Positions 11,230 to 23,600 of a DNA stretch of 64,000 nucleotides are shown piece after piece. The first letter of the stretch is position 1. Every line of letters starts with the position of its first letter. The notes beneath the pieces are model-generated. The model saw nothing but the letters and a program-made list of their open reading frames with translations. It ran no database searches and had not been told where the DNA came from. The DNA comes from Azolla caroliniana (Eukaryota > Plantae > Polypodiophyta), in the NCBI GenBank assembly GCA_043228905.1, contig JBHGNT010000004.1, positions 558,001 through 622,000 of the forward strand, read 5' to 3'. The position numbers and the translations under genes were made by a program.

Positions 11230-11620
11230 TGTATTATAGAATGGGTTAGTAAAGAATGGGGAATCGCAAGGTCCAATAGGTGGTAGCAAAGTATGGGTAC
11301 AAACGGGGTGGCAATCTTATATTCCTATCAAAGCTAAGGTATTTATTTCGAGGCTTATGGTGGGTGGCACCTCTAGTACATAGTTGTTTTGTGAAGACAA
11401 AGTATCACTTTTGGAATGTGTCAATTGCCCAATGGCAAGGGTTATTTGGACATTTATATCCATAGTGTGGACTTCTATAAGTAGAGTGTCAAAAGAAAAT
11501 GACGGAGAGTATATGTTTTTGGAAAGTAGAGTGTCAAAATCTCGTTTTAAATGGGTGTTTGGTCATGCATAGTCGAGAATTCGTTCTCCATATTTTGAGA
11601 TAGCCTTTCATTGTATAAGG
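11230..11620 (+). mobile_element. Highly decayed L1-type LINE remnant (zf-RVT region)
   Basis: Translated fragments HFWN../CPMARVIW resemble the HLFxxCxxAxxVW motif. Confidence 0.35.
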
Positions 11621-13378
11621 TATTGGAAATTATGACATAGTTAACTTATGTAGAATGCCTATTTTTTTATGCTCAATATGCATAATATGATGTTCAAAAA
11701 CACATTAGATGATTAAAAGGCATATTGGTGTAGCACGTTTCCTTGTTGAACACTTTAAGGAGATGCCACGTGAGGAAATAGGGATATTTAATTTAGCAAG
11801 GCATCATGTCCATCATTAATATTGGCCTTATCACATGGGATAGTATAGGCCCGTAATGATATCTCTTGAGATGAGGGATGTCATGGGAACCTTGATTGAT
11901 TTTGTGGTGTGACGATAGGATATCATATCCCATTAATTGTAATTTGATTTTCATAATTAATACATTACAATTTACGAGAGGGAGAGACCAACCAAGTGTA
12001 AAGGTGGAGATCATAAGGTTATGCATTCCAGGCAACCTTTTCATTGTGATATCTACTAAACTAGTGAACATGGATACATGGGTTTAAATAAACATGATTC
12101 ACCTACTACAAAACACAAATCGATGGTAACACCCTCACAAGCAACACTTTGGCATTCAATGAATCATCATTTTTTGCAATTTTGCCAACGTTGCATACAA
12201 TGCATCATCTAGACATAACTAGAGAAAGTTGTAAAGACATTTCAATCCCCATCTTTTTCCCTATATTATGTTGAGAAATTGCATACCATCAACGGATTGA
12301 AGCGTACTTCTACAATATGAGGAGGATTCAGAATTATCCATCTATTTGCATGAAACAATTTGGTGTTTAGGGTATTACATCCTAGACAATTGAGTTTTAA
12401 AAACCTATAAAATATTTTTCATACACTCTTTATAGATCTTAGGAGTGAATTAAAGAGTCAAAACATAAATTACTTCACTGTGACGTTCTTTTATAAACAC
12501 CATTAATTTTATATAGTGCATTTATATAGCAACTAGAGAGTGGAATTTTAGGATCATATGGATGCAACTCATTTGGTATGATTGTGCCAAAGAGACGAAA
12601 AGGCCATGTGTTTACCCCCCTACATTCCACTATATCCTCTAGCAAATTAGAGGGGTGGGTTGCATAACTGAATAGATGCACCCTAGTTGATAAGGTTGTT
12701 AGTAAGAGATGAACGTCAACATTGCAAAGTGTCATCTAGTAAATTATCACAATTTTTAGTGTGCATTAAATTTGAGTGTCGGTGCATGGCCCCATGGGTA
12801 TGTAAATAGAAATATGAATTACTACTATGGAATGAAGTACAACTTGTGAGCCTTACTCAAAACAAAGAAGAATAGGTAGGGCCAGAGAAGCGGATTTCAT
12901 AAATTTTATGGTAAAAAGCGAGATCTCCTTACATTTTACATCGTAGTCATTTTCAATTCCAACAATCACTTGGGAGGAAGTGAAGAAAAGTTTATATTTC
13001 TCTTATAAATAAGAAACACCCACTCATTTTTTTGTCTCTCAAAGACTTTTTTGTTTCTTTTCCATAATGAAAAACATAAAAGACACAAACACATGGAGAA
13101 ATGTGATTGGTGCAAAACAAGAGATGACATCATGTGTGCCATAAGCATTCTCTCTCTCTCTCTATGTAACCATCCATCCCCACTTCATGTTGTTATTTGT
13201 CTCACTAGTTTTTGCTTAGTTCATTCTTATTATCCTTAGCATCTCTTTATTGCTAATAGTACTATACAAGCCTTCATTACCTATATAATTAGGCTTTTTT
13301 AATAGTTACAAGCTTACATACATATTGATTATCCGATCGTTTAAGAAGACACTATAAGTTGGCAATCCATAGCTTCCC

Positions 13379-14134
13379 ATGACCATCATCACTTTGCTTG
13401 TTCTCTTGGCTTTTTTTTGTATTTTGGGTTTTGTATCGATCTATATGCGTCGAAGATGCAATGGTCGTCAAGAGTCATCAACATCAATAAATAATCGTCG
13501 ACACACTATCATTCAACCAACCATGTCAACGAGTAGCTCCAGTTCTACCACCCCAAATACCAGTGGACCCTTAACATCCCTCTCTTTGTTACATCATGAG
13601 CAATCATCATTAAACATTGATGATCATGGTCTTGATCCGATTCTTGTGGCTGCTAATTTTCCAACAATTGTCTTCTCAAAATTGCAAGGGTTTGTTCTTA
13701 TGGATGCCAAAATAATAAGTGTGGACAATAACAACATCAATCAACTTGCTCCTAAAAATTATAATGATATAAGCGAGCAACATGTCAATGATAAAATAAA
13801 TGGATGTTCAGTATGTCTTTGTGAGTTTGAGGAAGGTGATGTCTTGAGGGTGTTGCAACCACCTGGGTGCGGGCATGCTTTCCATCAAGATTGCATCGAT
13901 AAATGGTTCATTTTGCATATAACATGCCCACTTTGCCGGCATAATCTTCGATTCGACATTTCTGAAAACACAAAGGCCAAATTAATTAGTAGTCGTGAAT
14001 CCCCAACAAATGATGATGTAATAGATCATGATATGAATCTAGTTGAAAGTTCTATGACTAATACTTTGGCCGGTGTTGATAATATGAATCTTGAAAGTTC
14101 AATGATATCAATTAATGTTCCAGTTGATGCATAA
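13379..14134 (+). CDS. ATL-family RING-H2 E3 ubiquitin ligase (intronless; may be degenerating)
   Basis: N-terminal hydrophobic helix, RRR basic patch, GLD motif, RING-H2 CSVC...CGHAFHQDC...W..CPLC. Confidence 0.8.
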   Translation: MTIITLLVLLAFFCILGFVSIYMRRRCNGRQESSTSINNRRHTIIQPTMSTSSSSSTTPNTSGPLTSLSLLHHEQSSLNIDDHGLDPILVAANFPTIVFSKLQGFVLMDAKIISVDNNNINQLAPKNYNDISEQHVNDKINGCSVCLCEFEEGDVLRVLQPPGCGHAFHQDCIDKWFILHITCPLCRHNLRFDISENTKAKLISSRESPTNDDVIDHDMNLVESSMTNTLAGVDNMNLESSMISINVPVDA

Positions 14135-14709
14135 TATCGAGGTTGTGATTCATGAATATTTATAACCTTGCAATATGATATGTGAATTCGGATTCATGTG
14201 AAAGGGATTATGATCCTTCTTGACAAATTCCAAAAGTCGACCAATTACTGGAATGTGTGGGAGCAACAAAGTTATAGTAATTTTCGAATTGTCATTTTGA
14301 ATTGCAAGTTTGGCATTCACTGTCAACATAATTTAGGACTCAAACTTTGTACTAATCAAAGAGGATTATGGCTTCATAAATTTGATCAATGCTTGTCATC
14401 GATCCATCATCATTTGGTGGGATTAACAAATGGCATTTCATTTAGGGGGGATTAAGCAATCATTTGGAAAGAAATGTGTGTTAAAGCTTTTACTGGATAT
14501 GGCCTATTGTTATTCACATGTAGTTTCAAAATATCTAATATTTGCACTTTGCAGTACCAAGTGATTGTACACTATTATGTGGTTCTGCAAATTCTACATG
14601 ATGTACAAATTAGAACTCCTTTTTTTCCTTTTTCGACGCCCTATAGTAAAACCTCAATAGTAGCCATTAGACATGAAGTTTATAAATAATAAAAGTGGAC
14701 AAAAATGAT

Positions 14710-15221
14710 CGTTGGTAACAGTGCACCTAGAAGTAAAGCCCAGAAGCAGAAAATTGTAGATCTATGGATGTTGCTAGCATCCATTATCATATGGAACATT
14801 TGGACCGCAAGATGTACCAGGGTATTTTCAGCAAACAAACGGCCTCCAGCAGAATCTATTAAGCTAATATGGCACATGCTAATAACTACATTGAGGGCCC
14901 AATATGAGCGGATTGATGGAACAGATGATGCTTCAGATTTAATGAGGCTGAAATTCAGAAAACGATGGTGTACTACACCGATGGCTACAGAAATTGGAGT
15001 GGAGATATGATGGCAACACGTAGTACCGAGATGGTTGTTCCCCCCTCCCATTAGATGATAGAGGGGCGTGAATGACACGACAAACATGGAGAACAAACAT
15101 GTGGGCTATTTAGTGTAAGATAAATAAGTGATGTAGTCCATATGGAAGTAGGTAATGTCTAAAGTTGTGTATTGTATGTCATTTTAACTAATGGAGTATA
15201 TTCTTCTTTTGGAAAAAAAAT
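14710..15221 (+). mobile_element. 5'-truncated L1/Tx1-type LINE 3' end
   Basis: IIIWNIWTARCTRVF ORF2 C-terminal motif; A-rich tail at 15213-15220; TSD AAAAATGAT at 14701-14709 and 15222-15230. Confidence 0.8.
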
Positions 15222-18200
15222 AAAAATGATGCTTGCCATGTAATATTTCACTCCTAAGAAACACGGATGGGAAATTTGCTCTACTATTTTGAATTTTCTC
15301 CTTTATCAAATGTAGCCTAGTGTCAACGATGTTTTATTTATTTGAAACACGTTTGGGGTTAGGGATGCAACTGAAGCCCAAAACGTTTTTCAAATGTTTA
15401 TAAAAATAAATCTCAATTAGACACCCATTTGTGAAAAGAGTATATATTAATAAAATTGTAGTGAATAAATAATAACCAAAGGTAGTTGACCTAAAAATTA
15501 GACGGCTTTTTGTCAAACCTGAAAGATTGCATTGTGTTGTCCAATATTTGATTGACAACCTTTCCTTGGAGCTTTGTAATTTAAGGTCTCCTAGCAATTC
15601 ACTCAACCCCCCAAGGAACTAATATATTGATGTTCTATGATGTAATTTTGTTTGCTAACTAATGTGAAGTAGTGTTTTTTTTGGAAATATATATATATAT
15701 ATATATTGATTATATGTGAGTGTTAAGGTCACACGGGCTTTCATTATGCTCCCATGTAATTATTTGAGCAAGACCTTTGCAATAACACAAAAATTGAGTG
15801 TTACACTATATTCGTAACATAGGGTTAAGCATGCAAGCCTATTGAAGTTTGAAGGTTATTTCTCCTCCAATCATGGTAAAATGGGGTTGAATCCGTGTTG
15901 GAGTTGTAGCTAAATTAGAACTACTTAACTTGAGTTTGTCCATGGTTTGTCTTTTCAATCAATGTCATATTATGTTCTAAATCTTCACTTGTGACATAAC
16001 CTATGTAACAAATCTTATTAGGAACACAATAACTGAAACAAATCCTTTTCATAATGATTTGAAGGTAAGCACGTGTCAAAATATCTGTATGTCCATTCGT
16101 AGTACTATTATTAAACTGACATGCTCATATATCTACTTATATATGAAAATTGAAACCATTGGCCAAGCCCACTTTTGGAACCTCTCATTATTTTACAAAG
16201 TGTTTGGGGAGCAATGCCCCAACCAATTAATCTATTCATATATCTACAATTTCAATGATGCAAGTGGTTTAAAGTGTTACACGAAAAGAATATTCAACTA
16301 CTTGTAAAATGCTATGTAAATCATTTTCGAATAGTGGTATTATTTCTAGCACATAGCCATATAAAATGATTCATAAACTATGATTTCAAATTGAAAATAT
16401 GAGGAAATTTTGCAACAATTCTTGTTGTAATGTGTCGTGTTTTTATGTGGCTTCTTTCCTCACTTCAAGAATATTTAGAACCAAGTTAAACCCATTAAAA
16501 ATTGAAATACGATGCAATTTAATTCATACAAAGCATGTGCATGGAAGTTGTCTTAGTTCATTGCTAGAATCCAATATATTTTTGTAAAAAACATATACTT
16601 ACAAGGATGGGAAATGGTGCCACTAGTGTTCATATGATGGACATGGGGAAACTATTATACATTAGAATTAAGAAAACATTTGCAAATGAACATAAAAACA
16701 AAAATGTGGGCAAACCATTATAAATAATACAAATGCATCATGAATCGACAACGTTTTCCATAGAAGTTGTAAAATATGGATATTATGATTTGGCAATTTT
16801 TACCCTATGTCATAAATACCTCCTCACTGTCACTATAATTCACGATTGATCATTGTGTGTGCAAGTAGAATCACCACCCTTCTTGATTAGAGTGGTGGAT
16901 GAAAGGAGTTCATGAGTAGGGGTTATAAGAATTGAACATGAAATTGGAAATAAGATAGTTTTTATGAGAAACAAATAGCTAATTGTGTCCAAGAGAAAAT
17001 CATAGTAATAATTTGGAACATGTCCCGTTGAAACATCCCCTCTAACATGTTACCTTGAAACTTTACTTTTCCTAAAGAAAATTTTCTCACTCCATAGTTC
17101 ACCCCAATAGGAAGGGGTGCTAATAAAGAAACCCTAGTAGGGAGGAGAAAGGCTTCATCTTCCTATTAAGAGTAAGCATAATTCATATTTGTGTTAAGTA
17201 TATGTTGTAGACTTCATTGGTATAAACATTGGCATCAACATGAGGAAACAATGGTATGGGAATGAGAGATATGTAGAGACTAGCAATGGGACAAAGACAA
17301 AGACACTTAAATATAATAGAAGTATGAAAGCCAATACTTTCGCTCCTCCCACTTTTTCCTCACTTTCCCCGCTTTAGACTAATATAGCTTTTGTCTCTCC
17401 CACACAAGATTAGCCTTACATGTGTTTCTCTTAGCCTTAGACTTATCACGTTGTATTAAGCATGGTAACTTAATTTAGTAGATCCATGGTTATTCTTTTT
17501 GCTCTCTCTCTCTCTCTCCATGAAAGAGTGTTGGAGTGCTTCAATTAAGTCATTCACCCATACAAGGTCTTTGAAAATGTCACATGACACATAAAAATAT
17601 TTTGAAAGAGTCATAATATAGAGAAGAGGAAAATATGTCTCTCGTCCATAGACTAGTAACTTAGGAAACTGCCATTCTAAAACAAAACATAGTCTATGCC
17701 ATAATTGACATGGTGTATCTGTAATTATATAATGGTTATATTCTACAATGTAGGTTCCTATGTAGTAGAAATTAACAAGAATGAGTCTTTTGTTTGAAAA
17801 CTGAATAATACATAAAAAATATATGGAATATAAACCAAATATTGTATTCTTTCATTAGCTCTTTAACTCTCCATCAACCCTACTAGTTTAGAGTATCAAT
17901 ACTTCAACCTATGAGATGAGCAACAATGGTAGGATTTGACGATCATCCACCTGTCCAAGGCATTTGAACATGTCACGCGACATATAAACAACCTTTTGAA
18001 AGAATCATAAGACTCAAATAGAAATGTTTTCCCACCAACATGGACAATGGGGAATTACGTCTCTTGTACATTGACAATTTACTTTGTAAAGTGCGAGTCC
18101 AAACCATAACTAGAAAAATTACTCTGATATAATTGAATTTTGATATATTTATAATTATATAATGAGTATAATGTACAATGTACAGTGTAGATTCCTTGAC

Positions 18201-18879
18201 AATAACAACTAAGGACTATTCTATTCTCATGATCATTTGTTATGAAAAAATAAAATAAATAAATAAATAGAAGATCAAAAGTATATGTTATATGTACCAA
18301 ACTATGTCCTCCTCAATGTTGGGTGCATAGCTAAACTGCAATTTTATTTAATACTTGAGTTTATTGAAATTTGTAAAATATGCTCAACGTATTTAAAATA
18401 GTTTGTATCAACATTGACTCATTGCAAGGGAAAACTTTTGTTTTGTTTTTTTCTGCTTGTGAAGAATGATGATTCTCTCCATTTGAAACAAGTATGCTCT
18501 ACCATTAATCTCAAATGTATTGTAGCATCTCGATAGAGCAAGGTATTTCACAAGTTTAGATCTTTGAGATACATGTAACCTTGTTCACATTCTTCTACGA
18601 GGAGATGAAATTATGGTCGTTTCCAAGTATGCAATTATGTTGTTTGATGTTGTTATGCACACATAAGGTAGGTGAGAGTATGTCACTAATATTTACAACA
18701 TATAAGTGACGGGTATGTAGCATGTTCACTAATGTTAGAAAGGGACTAATGTGATTGGATAGAGGGAATGATAGGTGCATGCACTACATGATATTGACAT
18801 TCAATGAATGGAGAGAGAGTCTTTTAGAAAAGTATATATATAAATATGAGGCCTAACTACTCTCATAAAACACATTATT

Positions 18880-19980
18880 TCCCAAGATCTTGAGACACCA
18901 TTGGTGCATGCTAGGATTTGGCTCGATTATCCTATTACCTCTTCCAAGGTACTAGTAACCCTAATATCCGTCAATATGGGACATCATTGGTATGTCGGCT
19001 ATGTCTTGATCATAGCTTGGGGGTGATTCGAAGGATCGTCTTCGAGAGCTTCATTTAGACCATCATAATCAAGTTCTATTGGGTATTTGAACATTCTAGA
19101 TTCCATCCATATAAATATTTGTATAGATGTTTTCGGCAAAGGTGTCTTAGATCGTATTGTTCTAGAACATGTTGTTTGTTTGCGATCTATGTGGGCTAAT
19201 ATAAATTGTAAATAGTTGGCATAATGGGCTACTCTATTAAAAAAATTAATTGTAAATCCATAATAGACCTCAACTTCAAGTCTTATAATACTACTATGAT
19301 TAGCCAATGGCTAGGTGATTTGGAGTTTGGGAGACATTAGAACTAGTTACATGGAAGTATTGGTGGCTTTAAGTTCAAAATTATTTCCACTTCTCATATA
19401 TCTTACCAATCTAGGATGTCTCAATATCATTCATATGGTTTTTTACAACCACTGCCAGTTTTAGATGGTTCATGAAAAAACATTTCTTTGGATTTCCTTA
19501 GAAATCTCCATCTGTTAATAGTTCCAATGCCATCAACATGACATACCATGATGGATCAATTTCTCTAAGGTGGCAGACTTCCCTCCATGCACCAAGTCTA
19601 TCAACAATCGATGGGAGTGTTCAAGGGTCATGGTTTCCTAGATGACATTATCAATGAATCATTTTTCAAATTTTGCTTGCGATAATTTGGCCCGATCTAT
19701 GACTAGATATACTCCCTTTTTTACAAGGTACATTTTTATCCTTCTAGGAAAAATCCTGAATGTTAGATGATAACGAATTTTGCTGATGAAGATAACATAT
19801 TACAACTCCAAGATATTTGATTCAAACTTTCTCACCATTCGATTAGTCCTCAAAAGGCAAACCAATGTGTCAGATCATTAAACAATGATCTGAAGAAGGT
19901 CATTTGAAGAAGGCTAGGTGTCAATCCATAACTCCCAAAGTTCCCAGACGAATCTTTAAGGAAGTAGATGTTTCTTAATA
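18880..19980. mobile_element. Heavily decayed chromovirus-like integrase remnants
   Basis: 19550-19650 resembles VDRFSKMAHFLPCTK..VFK.HG..DDII; the minus-strand piece near 18880-18990 resembles an H2C2 region. Confidence 0.4.
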
Positions 19981-20034
19981 GGTAGGTCCCCTTTCTTGTA
20001 GACATGCTAACACTGGAGGATTGAAGCATGTGCT

Positions 20035-20668
20035 CTAGCAAAAAACATGTACCACACTCACCCACCCACAATCTCCAGCAACGAGTACTAAAAAAGGAGG
20101 AAACATGTGCTCATTCTAAAAAAAGAAACAATGCAAACGAACACAATTTTCTCCTAAATGATATGCTATGTGAGATCAAGGCATAAACATGCTCTTGACA
20201 TTATATGGATTTTTGATATAATAAGCATGGAATTTTAAGACACCCATACAAAATTTTAAGAAGATATAGATGTTTCCAAATATGATAAGTGTAATTAAGG
20301 GACAATTGAAGACCAACACATTGTTTTTTGGTCAAAATCCACAAAGAAAAAATGTAACATGTTAGATTATAGTAGTCCTCCAACATGTTACGGTATAAAT
20401 GCGCACATCCACGTCTTTATAGACATTATAGGAAGAATTCGGGAATTTCCAGATGTGGATTGCACACTCATACGCAAACTAAGACGCTTGAGGAGAGAAC
20501 CACTTGTTCTGGCAAAATACATGTGGCACACTCACCCACCCGCACTCCAACAAACAATGCCAAAAAAGAAGGTGGAAACATTTCTGTTCATTTTGAAAAA
20601 GAGGCAAGCAAACGAATGCTACTTTCTCCTTAATGTCATAGTACATGAGATGAAGACATAAACATGCT
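20035..20668. repeat. Diverged ~160-bp direct repeat pair (20035-20195 and 20508-20668)
   Basis: Shared CACACTCACCCACCC, GCAAACGAA, TTTCTCCT and CATAAACATGCT in the same order. Confidence 0.7.
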
Positions 20669-20829
20669 ATGGGCATTTTTGTGGAATTTGGATGTAGTGA
20701 GCTGTATTTTAACCAAGGAAATTTATATTGGTGGATTGTAAGAAACAAGATGTGATGATGAACCCATGGGAGGACAACTAGTAAAGACAAAGATGAAGAA
20801 AGAAAGGTGAAAGACAAGAGAGAATCCTT

Positions 20830-20901
20830 TGCCCCCAGTGGGGTTCGAACCCACGACAATTCGCTTAAAAGGCGGATGCACTACCACTGTGCTATAGGAG
20901 C
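20830..20901 (-). tRNA. tRNA or tRNA-derived SINE head with TTT (Lys) anticodon
   Basis: GCTCCTA TA GCAC AGTGGTA GTGC A TCCGC CTTTTAA GCGAA TTGTC GTGGG TTCGAAC CCCAC TGGGGGC A folds to a full cloverleaf (one anticodon-stem mismatch) with intact A and B boxes. Confidence 0.8.
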
Positions 20902-22370
20902 CTAACCTTCAATTTCGTAATTTGTTAATTTTTTATCGTTTTAATCCACACATGGACCAAATCTTTCCAATGTAGAGAACAACCTATAGATTGATCTTAT
21001 ATCGTGAATGATCAATTCATGCAATTTCTTTCTTTTTATTTTCTTTTATTTATCCAATTATGTACATTCATGTGATGTACATTTTTTTTTCTTAGGTTTG
21101 TTCTATTCTTCTACTTCTAGAGCTTTTATTTTTCTAATATCAAAACTAGCCTTCATAAATGGCCTAATATATGAGAAACTAACGTATTACTATAATTACT
21201 AACAAGAAAAGTAGATTTATTAACAAATATTAATTGATATATTTAAACTTTAGTAATAATAATTCCATTGCATAAATTGAATTGTTTGTTATTGATTTCA
21301 ATTCAGTTGATGAATGAGTTTCATTACATTGATTGAATAATTTGTCTATACATTATATCTAGTTTATAAGGATGGTTTATCGTTATGAAAACCACAACAT
21401 TCATTTCACTAATATGAATGGCATGTTTTTTTATGGCAAAAACTCACTATGACCAAATGTTTTTTTGCAAATTTTTATGGTGAGACATTAAGCAACACAC
21501 ATTAATCAAATTCTTATGTATCATGAGAGATTAAGCAAATATGTAACATGCATTTTTTGAATGATGAAAACTCGCACTATGAACAAATGTTTTTTACGAA
21601 TTTGTATGGTGAAACATAATAAAAACATATTGTCCTTGGACTTTCTCACATGTTGATACAGACTTACAGTGGTAAAGAGTGTGTTGATAACCTTTCACCT
21701 TTGGGTTCAAACCTCATCAGGTCCATCACAAACATGGACATCTATCTTCACAAGACATGACACTAGACGATGGAAAGGTTTGTGATATTTTGTGGAATCA
21801 AGTTATATTTAACTTTATTCCTACAAAAAGAAAATAATAAAGAAGAATAGTGTAAGCAAAACAAGTCCATGAGAGGACCACACATAAACAACAAAACATT
21901 GCAACAAGTAATTGGGTGTAATAATTTAAGAATGGGTTGACAATTGCTCCTTTTGGGGTCGGCGTCAAGGGTATGTTTCATAACATTCAAGCTTTGTATT
22001 CAAACCTCATTGGGTGCATCACAAATTGTCAACATCTATCCTTCCATGAGTTGTTAAAGAGGTCAAGAAATTTTCCTCACATGGGCAAATCCATCCTTTT
22101 TTTGTGGCATGGAGGAAAAATGAAAGTTTTTGTGGGCCAACATAGTGTTATGATGTGCGTTAAATGATGACATGATGCTCGCCAACTAAAATGTTTGCGA
22201 CATTTTATCGTGGAAGTAAAATCAGTAACCTTCATTGATACGAAGGAATCTTATCAAAAAAAAAAGATAAGTGAATGCGCAAAGACGTCATGGGAGGACC
22301 ATAGATAAAGAAGATCACGCTCAAATAAGTGATTGGATGGAATTATAGAAGAGGTGAATGATTGACTTTA

Positions 22371-22430
22371 CTTAGGTTTAAATCTAGGACAATTCACTTA
22401 AAAGGCAAATGCACTACCATTGTGTTATGA
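22371..22430 (-). pseudogene. Decayed copy of the 20830-20901 tRNA-like sequence
   Basis: GACAATTCACTTAAAAGGCAAATGCACTACCATTGTGTTAT vs GACAATTCGCTTAAAAGGCGGATGCACTACCACTGTGCTAT. Confidence 0.75.
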
Positions 22431-22899
22431 TTTATCCTTTATATTTAAATTTTAATTGACATATTTCCATTATTCTCGTGGCAATTTTCTCTATCATTTC
22501 ATGCTAGAAATGATCCAAAGCATTCAACATAAGGCAAAAAATCAAAACCGAAAATTAAGAGCAACAAAAGAATATTGTCATTTACTCTCATCTCCCTAGT
22601 ATAATTACTATTTCAAATAGAATCTAAAGATTGCGTGTGTGGATTTTGATGATGAATTTGAGTGTGTGCACAATCTGTGTGCCAAGGTCATGATGACTTG
22701 CGAGAGATGAACTACGGGCTAAACGAATAATTTTAACACCCAAAAATATTTTAGTGAGCTAAAAAATGGGACTAAATGTTATTAGCGAAAACATTTTGGA
22801 CCTTTAATCACGCATTAAGGTTTCTATTCATTTTGATAGTTTAGCATCCATTGCTCAATGGTAATGAGTTTGACTTGAGATTGGTACGTTGCTTGTCTG

Positions 22900-23600
22900 T
22901 TTTAGGTTTGGTCGACATAAGTTTACATTGATTTATTTTGATTATGAATTCATATTTACTCTCGTTTGTCTAGTGGGTCGCAATTGACACGATGTTAACA
23001 AACTTATCTCAAATATGAATTTGCAATGTTTTTTAATTCAGGAAATAATAAACTCTCATCAACAAATGGTTCTACAATGTAATTTTCATACGATACTTGA
23101 TGGAAAATCCACCATGAATGCATATACAACATTTAATCGCATTTTCACTCCCCACATCAATGTTTGCATAAAATATTCTCATGCCCTTTCTAGATGAAAA
23201 CTTTGGTATTTATTAAACTGAAAAATAACATGCAACGATCTCACAAGAAAGTTTGGACACAAGTTTGTTTAAATGTGTGCATGGTAGTATGCCACTAGAG
23301 GAATAAGAGTCGGTATGAACTGTAGTCATATAAATGAATTTGGGTTGAAGCAAACCTTTCGTGAATCCAACACACAACTTTTGAGCTTTTCATAGGTGTG
23401 CCATCATTAAGTTACGTCGAGTAGTTATCTATGTTTTTACTTTGTGCATCGATGTTGTATACTTTATTGTACAACTTCGTAGAGAAGTTTGTTAACATCG
23501 TGTTGATTGGTGGTACGCCAGTAGAACAATGAGATTCGGTATGACTTCAAGTAGTCAAATGATCTATTTAGGTGGAAGTTATGAAGCCAACATGAATCCA
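22900..23600. mobile_element. Decayed inverted-repeat (MITE/foldback-like) element
   Basis: ACACGATGTTAACAAACTT (~22987-23005) is the reverse complement of AAGTTTGTTAACATCGTGT (~23485-23503); weaker similarity extends about 100 bp outward. Confidence 0.5.

Noticed and set aside
17205-17260. FIGINIG peptide resembling a GH17 glucanase N-terminus
   Set aside because: Too short, with no supporting downstream exons
20600-20829. Dicistronic tRNA-snoRNA or telomerase RNA downstream of the tRNA
   Set aside because: No box C/D pair, H/ACA structure or telomere template seen on the transcribed strand
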